DNA from: Thermoplasmata archaeon
GTDB lineage: Archaea > Thermoplasmatota > Thermoplasmata > GCA-020350865
Reading direction: 5' to 3'
DNA: 64,000 nt
Assembly (NCBI GenBank): GCA_020348445.1
Contig: CP070751.1
Location: forward strand, 125,906 to 189,905
How positions within the stretch are numbered: position 1 is the first letter of the stretch; the number at the start of each line of letters is the position of its first letter. Of the stretch, positions 1 to 10,361 are shown piece by piece. Under the pieces are notes generated by a model, which was not told where the DNA came from, did no database searches, and worked only from the letters and a program-made list of their open reading frames with translations. Made by a program: the position numbers and the translations under genes.

Positions 1-1800
1 AGACGGATTGGGTCCTGCATCGTATGCGAAGTTACCATCTCCAAATGTCCAATTGTAGAATTCGATTACGCCCGAGTTGTCTGAAGAAAGAGAGCCGTCA
101 AAAAGATAGGCTGTATCGTTGTTAACAGAATCATCGGGCCCGGCATTTGCCAAAGGATCTGTTACGTCCAAAACTCTGATTGTCACGGTATCAGTTGTCC
201 AATAGTCTGATACATCGGTGACTTTCAATGTCGCGATGTAAACACCTGGTTCCGAATATACATGAGATGGACTCACACCCAGATAGTCGGGAGTTACCCA
301 ATCCACTCCGTCGCTTGCATCTATGTCCCATGCATAGGTGGCGATGCCCACATTGTCATCCGAGCCAGAGCCATCGAAGGTGTGAGATGTATCCTCATCT
401 ACAGTTGCATCGTCCCCTGCATGTGCAGTTGGAGGAGTCACGTCAAGGACAGTTATGGACAATGTGTCTGTGTCCGAGTTCCCTTCAGCATCTGTTACGT
501 TCAAGGTTACAATGTATGTGTTGGGTGTCATGTATGTGTAAATCGGATTCGGTCCTGTCCGATCAGGTGTCGCCCAATCCAATCCATCACTTGCATTCAT
601 ATCCCACGCATAGTTGAAGATTCCAACATTATCTGAGGAAGCAGAGCCGTCAAAGACAACAGGTGAACCCTCATCTGTAACATTATCAGGGCCTGCATCT
701 GCAGATGGAAATGTGATATCAATAACAGTTATCCACACGGTATCTATACCCGAATTTCCTGATAAATCCGTTACATTCAATGTAACTATATACACATCAG
801 GCTGAGCATATTCATGGGAAGGTGAAGGATCGGTTCCATTGGAATAATTTCCATCTCCAAAGTCCCAGTTGTAGAATGCAATAGAACCCGAGTTGTCGTA
901 AGAAAGAGTACCATCGAAAGTATAAGATGTATCTTCATCTACTGAATCATTTGGTCCTGCATCTGCCATAGGGGAGGTGACGTCAAATACAGTCACATTG
1001 AGAATGTCCATACCCCATCCTCCATCTGCGTCAATCACCCTCAGTGTGACCACATAATCCCCAGGTGTATCATAAGTCCAATTTACTTCCATGCCCATTT
1101 TATCTGGAGAGCCCCAGTCCAAGCCATCTGAATCATCAATATCCCACAAATAATCGGTAATCCCAAAATCGTCCCAAGAGAGGGAGCCGTTGAATACTAT
1201 GGGCAAATCCTCGTCTGTAGAATCGTCAAGCCCAGCATTAGCAATTGGGGGAAGGGAATCTGTCACCGTTATATTTACTATATCGGTGGCCCAGTTTCCA
1301 TTGGCATCTGTGCATTTAAGTGTGGCAGTATAAAGACCAGAAAATGTGTATATATGGGTAGGGGTGATATTTGTACCGTTGTCATAGAATCCGTCGCCAA
1401 AACTCCAGTTGTACCATACTATACCCACATTGTCCCATGAGCCTGAACCGTCGAACATGTAAAGTGTGTTCTTCATTATGGAGCCGTCTAAACCTGCATC
1501 TACATGGGGTGGCTCGTTGTCCTTTACAGTGATTTGGACTACATCCGTATCTGTTATAGTGTCAGTATCAGTGATTCTCAAAGTCACATTATAGACACCA
1601 GGTATTGTATATGTATATGAAGGTGATATTCCAGTCAAATCAGGGGGGCTGAAGTTCACACCATCACTATCGTCTATGTCCCATTCATAGATTGTTATGC
1701 CCTCAAAATCCCAAGAACCTGATCCATTGAAGTTGTAGGGTGTTCCTGCTGAGGCTGTATCATCAGGCCCGGCATCAGCTATGGGTAGATTGTTCTGGAC
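1..1800 (-). repeat. Tandem PKD-domain repeats (about 90 aa each, at least 7 copies, last one truncated by the edge)
   Basis: Recurring starts LPIADAGPD, PPHVDAGLD, PPIANAGLD, SPMADAGPN, FPSADAGPD, PPTAHAGDD and DPLANAGPD at about 260-280 nt spacing. Confidence 0.88.
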
Positions 1801-3912
1801 ACTGACAAGGACTGCAGAAAGCCAATTGCTGAAACCGCCGTTTGTATCCTCAAATCTCACCCTGAATTCATAAGGTCCTTCTGGTGCGCTGGCATCGGGT
1901 GTGAAATTCACCTGCCAGAATCCAGATGGAGCTGTGCCTATATATGTCTGAGTTCCGAGATAAGTTGTATTCCATACTGAGGTACCAGGCTCTTTGTACT
2001 GGAAGTATGGGATCAAATCCTCTTCACTGTCCTCAGGATCTGAGCCGTTGGCTGTTATGTTCACCACCTGGCCACGGTAGATATCCAAGGCAGTGGAGTC
2101 GATTTCATCGGCAGTGGGCGGTCCCGACAGGTAAATTATGACCTCCCTGCTCATATTCATTGTGGCATCTCCAGAGCCGAATGCTGTGCCGTTTTCTGCA
2201 TCTATATGATGAGGAGTATAGTAAGTTGTTCCACCTGCGGTCCTGTTGAATTCCTTAACCTCCAGCCATCTAATCCAACCGTTGTTTCCCACGCCAGTAC
2301 TAAGAGGTTGAGGAACTGGAGGATCAGGATTTCCGTACCAATCGTCTATCCACACATCTGCATTGTCCACACCACCTCCCATTTGCATGATTCTTACGTG
2401 GAGGTAATTTTTCACATCTAAAAACGAATCAGCGTCTTCAACCACTGCTGAAGTTGTAGAATTATCGAAGGTGGTGTTGAGGAAAAAGACTGAGGGTGGA
2501 TTACCGTAATTATCTTCGACTCTGACATCAACATCCCCTGGATTGGAGCTTTTTTCAAGGGTGCAATTTGTGATATATACATTATCGGTTGCTTCAACCC
2601 AGATATTTCTGTCATTTCTTGCTATTAAGCCACCGTCAATCAGTATCTGGCTCACCACTTCCAGATAGTACCCAGAGCCTGTATTGGCACTGTTGTGATT
2701 GTCTCTAACCTCGTTATCATAACAATAGATAAGACCAAGGGCCCACCACGAACCCACTGCGAAATGGATTCCATGCCCATCTGACGACCCTCCTCCATTG
2801 TCATAGACTACATTATCATAGACATATATGTTGTGGACCGCCGTAGCTCCAAAAATGGTATCCACGCCGAACAACCTAATTCCATCCACATTGTTGGAAT
2901 AGATTTCATTATCGTAAATAAAGATGTACCGGACAGCTGAGGGACCATTTCTTCCTTGAAGCCAGATACCGTTTTCGTTGTTCAATATTTCATTCTCATG
3001 GATATCGCACAATAGAACATTGACATCTGATATATCCCCATTTATGAAGACACCCAAATTATGATTGTCTATTGTGTTGTTGAATACATCATGCATTATC
3101 CCGCCATCGAGGGTGATTCCATAGGCATTTGGACTATCGATAACGTCATTGTAGGAGATATTGAGATAGGTACTGGCATAGAAATACATGCTGAAGTTCT
3201 GAATGTTTGATACCGTGTTGTCCATAAAATAGCAGTATGTGACATTATTCGTATACACCCCGATATTGTCGATTTTTTCTATTACATTGTTTTGAACTGT
3301 TACATTATTGGTATCCCTAACAATTATACCTCGATAGCAATCTGCAATATGATTTCCCTCGATCAATGAATACTCAGAAGCGATCATAAGACCCAAATCC
3401 CGCCAATAAGTGCCTGCGGAATATCCGCAGTAATGCAACTCGCTGTTTCTCATCTCGAATGTTGAGCTTGCACCGTAAACACCGAAGCTATACCTTAAAT
3501 TAGGATCCCAACTCGTAATGTTCGAGGCGTCATCTTTGGTTAACGGATCAAGGTCAGTATCCCGTATAATGAAAGTTCCGCCATTTTGAACCACGATTGC
3601 GAACTCACCATCGGAAGATACATTGATTTTTAATGTCACATTTATCAATGTTAAAGAGCCTGTGCCATCAACAGTCAAGTCTCCGTTAACGATAATAGTC
3701 TTGTCCTGATGAACGATAGTGTCGCCATCAACTATATCCCAAGAACCGTTGGTGTTCCATATATTATCCCCAGCTATGGGATCCATTCCAGTTCCGCCAT
3801 CCCAAGGCTCATTTGTCTCGGCCTCGGAAGGTGAGGGTATATTTACTATCCCAGCAAACAAGGCTGATATCAGTAGCAAACAAAGTATAGGGTTTGTGAT
3901 TGTCCTTTTCAT
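1..3912 (-). CDS. Giant secreted surface protein: signal peptide, right-handed parallel beta-helix, Ig-like region and at least 7 PKD domains (3'-partial, runs off the left edge)
   Basis: Absent from the ORF track because there is no stop in the window. Manual translation from ATG 3912 gives MKRTITNPILCLLLISALFAGIVNIP (signal peptide), beta-helix repeats such as EILNNENGIWLQG, and PKD motifs (P.A.AG.D...FDGS.S.D...Y.W.FGDG). Frame spot-checked at 3912, 2941, 1798 and 1. Confidence 0.9.
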   Translation of the reverse strand, partial: MKRTITNPILCLLLISALFAGIVNIPSPSEAETNEPWDGGTGMDPIAGDNIWNTNGSWDIVDGDTIVHQDKTIIVNGDLTVDGTGSLTLINVTLKINVSSDGEFAIVVQNGGTFIIRDTDLDPLTKDDASNITSWDPNLRYSFGVYGASSTFEMRNSELHYCGYSAGTYWRDLGLMIASEYSLIEGNHIADCYRGIIVRDTNNVTVQNNVIEKIDNIGVYTNNVTYCYFMDNTVSNIQNFSMYFYASTYLNISYNDVIDSPNAYGITLDGGIMHDVFNNTIDNHNLGVFINGDISDVNVLLCDIHENEILNNENGIWLQGRNGPSAVRYIFIYDNEIYSNNVDGIRLFGVDTIFGATAVHNIYVYDNVVYDNGGGSSDGHGIHFAVGSWWALGLIYCYDNEVRDNHNSANTGSGYYLEVVSQILIDGGLIARNDRNIWVEATDNVYITNCTLEKSSNPGDVDVRVEDNYGNPPSVFFLNTTFDNSTTSAVVEDADSFLDVKNYLHVRIMQMGGGVDNADVWIDDWYGNPDPPVPQPLSTGVGNNGWIRWLEVKEFNRTAGGTTYYTPHHIDAENGTAFGSGDATMNMSREVIIYLSGPPTADEIDSTALDIYRGQVVNITANGSDPEDSEEDLIPYFQYKEPGTSVWNTTYLGTQTYIGTAPSGFWQVNFTPDASAPEGPYEFRVRFEDTNGGFSNWLSAVLVSVQNNLPIADAGPDDTASAGTPYNFNGSGSWDFEGITIYEWDIDDSDGVNFSPPDLTGISPSYTYTIPGVYNVTLRITDTDTITDTDVVQITVKDNEPPHVDAGLDGSIMKNTLYMFDGSGSWDNVGIVWYNWSFGDGFYDNGTNITPTHIYTFSGLYTATLKCTDANGNWATDIVNITVTDSLPPIANAGLDDSTDEDLPIVFNGSLSWDDFGITDYLWDIDDSDGLDWGSPDKMGMEVNWTYDTPGDYVVTLRVIDADGGWGMDILNVTVFDVTSPMADAGPNDSVDEDTSYTFDGTLSYDNSGSIAFYNWDFGDGNYSNGTDPSPSHEYAQPDVYIVTLNVTDLSGNSGIDTVWITVIDITFPSADAGPDNVTDEGSPVVFDGSASSDNVGIFNYAWDMNASDGLDWATPDRTGPNPIYTYMTPNTYIVTLNVTDAEGNSDTDTLSITVLDVTPPTAHAGDDATVDEDTSHTFDGSGSDDNVGIATYAWDIDASDGVDWVTPDYLGVSPSHVYSEPGVYIATLKVTDVSDYWTTDTVTIRVLDVTDPLANAGPDDSVNNDTAYLFDGSLSSDNSGVIEFYNWTFGDGNFAYDAGPNPS

Positions 3913-4123
3913 ATCCAATCCCCTAAAGCAAATGAAATGGGGGGTATAAGAAACCTTTGATTATGGGATAACTTCTAGATAATCGAAAGTAAAGGGCAAA
4001 TCCCCCAAATTGTCCGTTCTATCGTACAATGCGAAATTGCGGGTTTTGTTAAAACTTTAAATAGAAAGGAGTTGATTCTACGTTTACTTTAGCAAGCGGA
4101 AAAATCCCGCTGGGGGAGGACAT

Positions 4124-4648
4124 TTGAAAGATTATACCTCACTATGCAGAATTGATAAAGACCAAAATGGAGTGGAGGGGATACCACTAAAACTGATCAT
4201 AGTACTTGTTATTTTGGCCATCACGCTTCCCTTAATATGGAAGGGGCTGGAAAGTTATGACCGCTCACAAACCGAAAGCAATTTGATTTCTGAGATCGAG
4301 TTCTTATCAATCAATATAAAACAGGTATATCTCAACGGAATGGGCAACGCCGTCGATGTAAATGTGGATTTCGCAAATGGTATGATGACGAAGATCGATT
4401 GGGTAAAAATCGGCGACTCCATTCAAGGTATATGGTCCAGCATTCAATACAAGCTCAGTTATAAAAGCAGTGATTATGTCCTAATCAAAGACCCTAACAT
4501 CCCCTTCGGGAACATAAGCAACAGCGTATTCGGACCTCTGAGGGTTGCATCAGGCAAGCATACCATCCATCTTGAATGTAAAGAGGGTATCGATTTCGAT
4601 TCTGATGGCACCGAGGATATGTACGTCGAAGTTTCCAGGGTGGAGTGA
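4124..4648 (+). CDS. Type IV pilin-like protein with class III-like signal peptide
   Basis: TTG start with GGAGG SD and TTTAAATA box upstream. N-terminus KDQNG-VEGIPLKLIIVLVILAITLPLIW has a short charged leader, Gly, then a hydrophobic helix. Confidence 0.65.
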   Translation: MKDYTSLCRIDKDQNGVEGIPLKLIIVLVILAITLPLIWKGLESYDRSQTESNLISEIEFLSINIKQVYLNGMGNAVDVNVDFANGMMTKIDWVKIGDSIQGIWSSIQYKLSYKSSDYVLIKDPNIPFGNISNSVFGPLRVASGKHTIHLECKEGIDFDSDGTEDMYVEVSRVE

Positions 4649-5142
4649 GATTGTTCGATTTCTTAACCTCGAAATTGGCAATGATGATTGCAGCGATTAT
4701 CATACTGGTTTCAGTTCTTGGAATTTATGCTTTCCAAAGAGAGCAGGCAAAGGATCTAGAGCTCAATAATATAGCAGATAGGATATCTGGGACCATCGAT
4801 AACTTCAACTCACTTTCTGGTGAGTCAAAGATCAATGTCACATTCGAAAGGGGAAAGGAAGGGACCTATGTCAAACCCACTGTAAATGGAGAAAGATATG
4901 AAATAGTGATCACTCGAATTAAGGTCTTCGTAACATTGGAGGAAAGAAGAGCCGTAAGCAACCTCATTGCTCCCATACATCTTTGGGCTCCCCAGTCAAA
5001 TATCTACAATCAATGGCAAATCGAGGAAAATGATGGTGATCACAAAATCCTGGAATTTATGTCTGGAGAGGATTTTAAAGTCGAAAGAAAATTACTGGAG
5101 ATAGACCAAGAAAATGAGTACAGGACCTTTGTTTATGTTTGA
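4645..5142 (+). CDS. Membrane-anchored pilin-like or pilus accessory protein
   Basis: GTGA overlap with the preceding gene. Single N-terminal hydrophobic helix (FLTSKLAMMIAAIIILVSVLGIYAF) followed by a soluble domain. Confidence 0.55.
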   Translation: MRLFDFLTSKLAMMIAAIIILVSVLGIYAFQREQAKDLELNNIADRISGTIDNFNSLSGESKINVTFERGKEGTYVKPTVNGERYEIVITRIKVFVTLEERRAVSNLIAPIHLWAPQSNIYNQWQIEENDGDHKILEFMSGEDFKVERKLLEIDQENEYRTFVYV

Positions 5143-5168
5143 ATTTTTTAATGATTGGCGTTTTTTAT

Positions 5169-6893
5169 TTACATCTCATCTGGTGCTTCAATCCCCAAGC
5201 AGAAAAGCGAATTCTTGAGCACAATCCTCCCCGCGTCCACCAATGCCAGTCTCATCTTCCTGAGGGCGTCATCCTCACATGCAAGAACAGGGCAGTCCCT
5301 GTAGAACTGGTTGAAAATGGTTGCGCAAGCGTATGCGTGTGCCGCCATGGTGTGCGGGCTTCTTCTTTCTGCACATTCTTTAACTGTCTCGGGAAATGAT
5401 GCCATCTCTTTTACAAGGGAAATCTCTGAAGGGTGCTCAGAAAGGGTGGGATCATAATTTTCATAACCCTCAATCCCTGCCTCTTTGGCCTTCCTTAAAA
5501 TGCTGCTCGCCCTTGCATGGGAGTACTGTATAAAAGGAGCGCTTGCTCCCTCGAAGTTCAAAGCGTCCTCCCATTTAAATACTATCTTCTTTTCAGCCTG
5601 GACCCTCGCTATATTGAACCTTATGGCGCCGATTGCGACTTTCTCGGCAATTTCCCTGACTTTCTCCTCAGAAAGTTCCTCTCTGCGCTTTTTTACCTCG
5701 GCTTTTGCTCTTTCTATTGCCTCATCAATAAGATCCTCGACAAAGACAACCTTGCCTTTTCTTGTGGACATCCTCCCTTCGGGAAGCGAGACAAAGGAAT
5801 AGAATATTACCTCAGGCGCCTTCTCTAAACCCATGATCTTCAGCCCCACTGCCACATACTCGGACTCCAGTTTATGATCCTCGCCTAGGATATTGATGGC
5901 ATCATCGCAGTGCTCATACTTCCAAAGATGATAGGCTATGTCCCTTGTTGCATACAATGAAGTGCCATCGCTTCTTTGGAAAAAGAACTTTCCTTCTTCT
6001 TTTCTTTCTCGAAACGGCATTAAATCAATAAAATACGCGCCCTCCTCCTCATCGCAATGCTGACTTTCTTTTAGGCCTGCAATTACCTTGTCAACACTAC
6101 CGTCAAGCACGAATTGCGATTCATAGACATACTTGTCCACAGCCACATTTATCCTGGAAAGTGAAAGAAAGATATCCTCATCCATGACCCTCGCACATGC
6201 CGATCTTACCTTGTCAGTAATCTCAGGCTCACCTTTCTCCAGCTTCTTTAGCCAATCGTCTCTTGTAGTCTCCATCTCCTTATTCTCGGAAACTGCCTTG
6301 CTTGCATACTGATACGGTCCCAGGGAATCGTCATCAGCAGGCCTTTTATCCCATATCTCTATTCCATAAGCCAGGGTAACTGCTTGCTTTCCCATGTCGT
6401 CCACATAGTACTGGGTTTCCACCGTAAATCCAGCTTTTCTTAATATTCTAGCAAGGGAGTCACCAATAATTGGGTTCCTCGCCCTTCCAATGTGGAGTTT
6501 GTCAGTAGGATTGGCGCTTGTGTGCTCTAAAATTATTTTTCTATCAACTTGCGGCAAACACCCATAATCATCCCCCAACTCCAAAACACCTTTTAACGTC
6601 ATCTCAGCCAATTTTTTCGAATTGAAATGGAAGTTAACGTATGGACCCGAGCTTTCGCATTTCTCAATTATTTCCCCGAAAGATATTTTATCGGCAATTT
6701 CCTCTGCAATCTTCTGGGGGGTCTTCTTTGCAAGGGGGGCCAAAGAAAAGCATGAAAAGGCGATATCCCCGAGGTTCTCAGGGGGAGTATCCAAGGTGAT
6801 TTTTACATCATCATAACCTAAACCCGCAAGTACCTTAGCAAGGGAGGTCATAACCTCTTCTTTGCATATCCCCAACGGGTTTAGGGTTCTCAT
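5169..6893 (-). CDS. argS: Arginine--tRNA ligase
   Basis: EHTSANPTDKLHIGRARN (HIGH-type motif), RSDGTSLYATRDIAYH, MSTRKG (KMSKS-type), FEGASAPFIQYSHARA. Confidence 0.97.
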   Translation of the reverse strand: MRTLNPLGICKEEVMTSLAKVLAGLGYDDVKITLDTPPENLGDIAFSCFSLAPLAKKTPQKIAEEIADKISFGEIIEKCESSGPYVNFHFNSKKLAEMTLKGVLELGDDYGCLPQVDRKIILEHTSANPTDKLHIGRARNPIIGDSLARILRKAGFTVETQYYVDDMGKQAVTLAYGIEIWDKRPADDDSLGPYQYASKAVSENKEMETTRDDWLKKLEKGEPEITDKVRSACARVMDEDIFLSLSRINVAVDKYVYESQFVLDGSVDKVIAGLKESQHCDEEEGAYFIDLMPFRERKEEGKFFFQRSDGTSLYATRDIAYHLWKYEHCDDAINILGEDHKLESEYVAVGLKIMGLEKAPEVIFYSFVSLPEGRMSTRKGKVVFVEDLIDEAIERAKAEVKKRREELSEEKVREIAEKVAIGAIRFNIARVQAEKKIVFKWEDALNFEGASAPFIQYSHARASSILRKAKEAGIEGYENYDPTLSEHPSEISLVKEMASFPETVKECAERRSPHTMAAHAYACATIFNQFYRDCPVLACEDDALRKMRLALVDAGRIVLKNSLFCLGIEAPDEM

Positions 6894-6939
6894 GTCCTCA
6901 CATTCAAATTATTTACGACTTTCTTATTTAAAATTTACC

Positions 6940-8175
6940 TTAAGTCATCTCCACTCTATATCTGGTTACCCCTCCAAGACCGCCGAATGCCCTAAGGAAC
7001 ATCTCTCCTTCCTCGGAATCTGAGGAGATCAACTCAACGTTGGTGCCGTAGGTCTCTGCGACCTTGATCAGTTCTTCAATAATATCTGAATTCTCCATCA
7101 CATTCAGGGAGGATTGACAATTTGGGCAGTCTTCTGATGTTACATGCTCCTCTGATGTGGTTTTTTCCTCCAGATAACCACATCTTTGACATGATACTTT
7201 TATTCTTCTTTTTCTCATGGCTTCAGAGACCAGCAAGGTATCTATTGCACCCAGTTTAAGGGCATTTAAAACCTCCTCCTCACCGTAAACAGCCAAACCT
7301 CCGTCAGGTTTTCTTATTTCGTCGATAAATCTTTTGAGCAGGTTCTTTTCTTTCATGAGTTCGATTCCTGACAATCTTTCCCTGGCCTTTTCTGTGAGCT
7401 CCTTTAGACCATACTCGTCGGTATAACCAGTGTCGAACGAGTCAACCACCTTCTTCTTAAGTTCATGATGTAGGTAATCCCGCTCCATGAAAAACACCTT
7501 GGTGGAGCCGGGGCCGCCTACCAATATTCCCTTCAAATCCTTTTCCTCTAAAAAGGAGTCGTTTGCCAGATCGCCAACCTTCTTGAAAAATTCATGGGCC
7601 GCAATCTCTATCAATCTTTCAAACCTCCTTTGGGATTGTCCTCCCCTTCCATGCTTGCTTGGAACAAGGGATTGAACGTTCTTTACAGTGATTATCCTCT
7701 TGCCCCTTAAAAAACCGATTGTGGCTTCGCTTCTGTCTATCACCAGAAGGCCGTAAACGTCCCTTTCTGCGAGCATATCCTCCAAGGGTTCGAGATAAAA
7801 CGATGAATCGCACCTGTAGAGGAATGTGTTTATCTTATCTGGAGGCTCTATGATATGACTTACCATATCAGTTTGATCCCCTGCTATGGCCGTGTGTCCC
7901 ACGAAGAACACCATGCCGTTCTCAGGTGGGCGTTTGAAGGCCTTCAGCCTGTTCATTATAGATTCGATTGCAGCCATCACGTTCTTTCTCGTGCTTTTGG
8001 ACTTTATATTTGAGGATTGGGAATACTCGTTGCGCAGGTATGAAACAACCTCATGAATCTGTCTGGTGGGCGGGATGTAAAGGGATATGAGCTCTGTAGC
8101 TCTTCCGGAATGCGAACTAAGCTCCTCGAGCTTTCGCCTGAATTCGTACCTTGCCAATGCTTCTTTTTCCACCAT
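6940..8175 (-). CDS. prf1: Peptide chain release factor aRF1
   Basis: NIKS motif, YRCD, GRGGQSQRRFER (GGQ) and a C-terminal Zn ribbon. Start moved to ATG 8175 (MVEKEAL), which has a GGAG SD. Confidence 0.97.
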   Translation of the reverse strand: MVEKEALARYEFRRKLEELSSHSGRATELISLYIPPTRQIHEVVSYLRNEYSQSSNIKSKSTRKNVMAAIESIMNRLKAFKRPPENGMVFFVGHTAIAGDQTDMVSHIIEPPDKINTFLYRCDSSFYLEPLEDMLAERDVYGLLVIDRSEATIGFLRGKRIITVKNVQSLVPSKHGRGGQSQRRFERLIEIAAHEFFKKVGDLANDSFLEEKDLKGILVGGPGSTKVFFMERDYLHHELKKKVVDSFDTGYTDEYGLKELTEKARERLSGIELMKEKNLLKRFIDEIRKPDGGLAVYGEEEVLNALKLGAIDTLLVSEAMRKRRIKVSCQRCGYLEEKTTSEEHVTSEDCPNCQSSLNVMENSDIIEELIKVAETYGTNVELISSDSEEGEMFLRAFGGLGGVTRYRVEMT

Positions 8176-8410
8176 GTTCTTTTCTCCAAATTTCAATTTA
8201 GGCTTTCGCAAGGATATTATAATACAAAACCTATAACACCCTTAGCCCTTATGTATATTGTGGATTTAACGGCAATCATGAATGGGTTAATAAAGATTTG
8301 CTATTGGAAAAAGTAGAGCCAAATTCAGAATCCCTTCCATAATTATTATGGGCGGGTGGAGGGAGGTTGGTGGTGGGCATCATATAAAAATAGGGTATTG
8401 AGGCGATCTC

Positions 8411-9091
8411 ATGGATTCGGTTGTCATATCGATAGGAGGTTCTGTGCTAGTTCCCAACGAAAACGATGCTGATTATTTGAAAACGCTTGCTGGCCTTCTT
8501 TCGCGGATCTCCTCAATTCATAAATTATATATTGTCACTGGTGGGGGAAGAATTGCACGGTATTACATCACGTCAGGCAGGGTATTGGGTGCTTCTGAGA
8601 AAAATTTAGATGAGTTTGGTATCGAGGTGACGAGATTGAATGCCAGGCTATTGAGTACAGCTCTGGGCGATCTTGCCAATCCGAAACCTGCTTTGAATAT
8701 TGACGAGGCCACTGAACTAGGCAAAAACCATCAGATCGTGGTTATGGGGGGCACGGAACCCGGCCACACAACTGATGCCGTTTCCGCGATGCTGGCTGAT
8801 AAGATTGGTGCAGCAAGGCTAGTGAATGCAACTTCTGTGGATGGAGTTTATGACTCAGATCCCAAGAAAAACAAGGACGCGAAGAGGTTCAAAAGGGTGT
8901 CCCATGAAGAGCTGGTTGCCCTGACTTCCGAAATTAAAGGCATGGCAGGACCTACTGTGATATTTGATCCAAAAGGCTCTGAGATCATCAAAAACGCCAA
9001 AATTCCCCTCTATGTATGTCATGGAAGGGACTTAGGGGCATTAGAAAATGCTGTATTGGGTAAGGATTTCGACGGTACGATAGTGGATTGA
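8411..9091 (+). CDS. pyrH: Uridylate kinase (archaeal type)
   Basis: VISIGGSVL, VTGGGRIARYYI, MGGTEPGHTTDAVSA, VDGVYDSDPKKN. Confidence 0.95.
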   Translation: MDSVVISIGGSVLVPNENDADYLKTLAGLLSRISSIHKLYIVTGGGRIARYYITSGRVLGASEKNLDEFGIEVTRLNARLLSTALGDLANPKPALNIDEATELGKNHQIVVMGGTEPGHTTDAVSAMLADKIGAARLVNATSVDGVYDSDPKKNKDAKRFKRVSHEELVALTSEIKGMAGPTVIFDPKGSEIIKNAKIPLYVCHGRDLGALENAVLGKDFDGTIVD

Positions 9092-9195
9092 GGGTTAAAT
9101 TTTCAGAAATATTTTTCTTTGGGGATCCAAAATAAACAGGTATTTATATCATTATTCTCATTTAACATCCAAAGTTGCAGAGAGGGGTAATATAT

Positions 9196-10143
9196 ATGGG
9201 AATCTGTCCCAGATGTAATATTGAGGTTATGGGTACTATTTGCCCAAGATGTGGGGGGAGTCTTGTTCAAGCAACTACTCAACCATACCCGCAACAATTA
9301 TATCAACAACCTTATCAACAGCCAGTCCCAAGACCTTTGCCTCCAAAAGGAAAAGCTGCCTTGGTGTTGGCAATTATCTCGGTGATTATGTTATTTATTA
9401 CCGGGGCAATAGGATGGTGGTCCATGTCCTATGAATATGAACGGATTCACGAGTTTATGGAGGAGGAAGATGTAACTCAAAGTAAAGTTAAAGTAGATTT
9501 CACTTTGGAAGAGATGATTGCCGAAGTAGAAACAATATCAGATGGAGAAACTGATACTATTGATGGGGATGTTGATTTATCAAGTGACATGGAGGACGTT
9601 GCTGACATTACCGGCCTTCTTTTGTTATTGGGAGCAGTGATGAGTATTCTTGTGATCATTTTAATTGGATTGATATTGGGTATAATTCAAACAAGAAGCA
9701 GAATGATGGCTATGTTTACCAAGTTATTTAAGAATCTAGCTTTATTATTTGCACTATTGGCAGTAATTTTTGTTCTGATAGCTCCTATTTACTATATGTT
9801 CACATGGCCAGAAGCAACCGAGGATCAAATGGGCACTTTATTTTTTGGTTCGGATGAGAAAATTTATGATGGCACCTTTATGGGCTCGGATAGTTTTGAG
9901 CATGAAGAAGATTGGGGAGCCACCTATAAGGGTGACATCAGTTGGGGTCCCAGTTTTGGGTGGTATCTATCATTTATTTGCGTTTTTCTATTAGTGATCA
10001 CCTTTTTCCTCGTAAAACTCGCTGGTGATGAAGCCATGATCCTAGCCCCTGCTCCACTGCCCAGATATTGGCCCCAATATACTCCGCAACCACCACAACC
10101 TAACCTGCCACCGCCGCCTCCAAATCCACCACCACCCCCATAA
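9196..10143 (+). CDS. Zinc-ribbon four-pass membrane protein with Pro/Gln-rich cytoplasmic segments (array member 1)
   Basis: MGICPRC...CPRCGG, four hydrophobic helices, WGPSFGWYL before TM4, poly-Pro C-terminus. Paralog of 10362..11279. Confidence 0.8.
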   Translation: MGICPRCNIEVMGTICPRCGGSLVQATTQPYPQQLYQQPYQQPVPRPLPPKGKAALVLAIISVIMLFITGAIGWWSMSYEYERIHEFMEEEDVTQSKVKVDFTLEEMIAEVETISDGETDTIDGDVDLSSDMEDVADITGLLLLLGAVMSILVIILIGLILGIIQTRSRMMAMFTKLFKNLALLFALLAVIFVLIAPIYYMFTWPEATEDQMGTLFFGSDEKIYDGTFMGSDSFEHEEDWGATYKGDISWGPSFGWYLSFICVFLLVITFFLVKLAGDEAMILAPAPLPRYWPQYTPQPPQPNLPPPPPNPPPPP

Positions 10144-10361
10144 TTTTAACAATATAATACGTACGGAAACATGTGAGCAAAAGACTATTTTGGATGCCCA
10201 ATTAACAAAATATGAAATCCATAATAAATAGGAAATTCTCGCCACAATAAGGGAATTTAAGGGCAAATCCTCAAAATATTTTTTAGATGCCGAAATAAAA
10301 ATCTATTTATACCTTTAGTAACATCTCCCCTCAATAAGTCGCTTGCAAGGAGGTAAAAGAT

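Noticed and set aside
228-3949. Short plus-strand ORFs in the track over the left 4 kb
   Set aside because: They lie antisense to the 1304-codon PKD/beta-helix gene, which the track missed because it has no stop in the window.
8350-8377. G-rich tract GGGCGGGTGGAGGGAGGTTGGTGGTGGG in the prf1-pyrH divergent intergenic region
   Set aside because: It fits a loose G-quadruplex pattern (loops 1, 4, 11), but it is a single occurrence with no supporting evidence.
3994-10270. GGGCAAATCC repeated upstream of genes (about 3995 and 10261)
   Set aside because: The same 10-mer occurs inside a coding region (1201), and its positions relative to TATA boxes are inconsistent.
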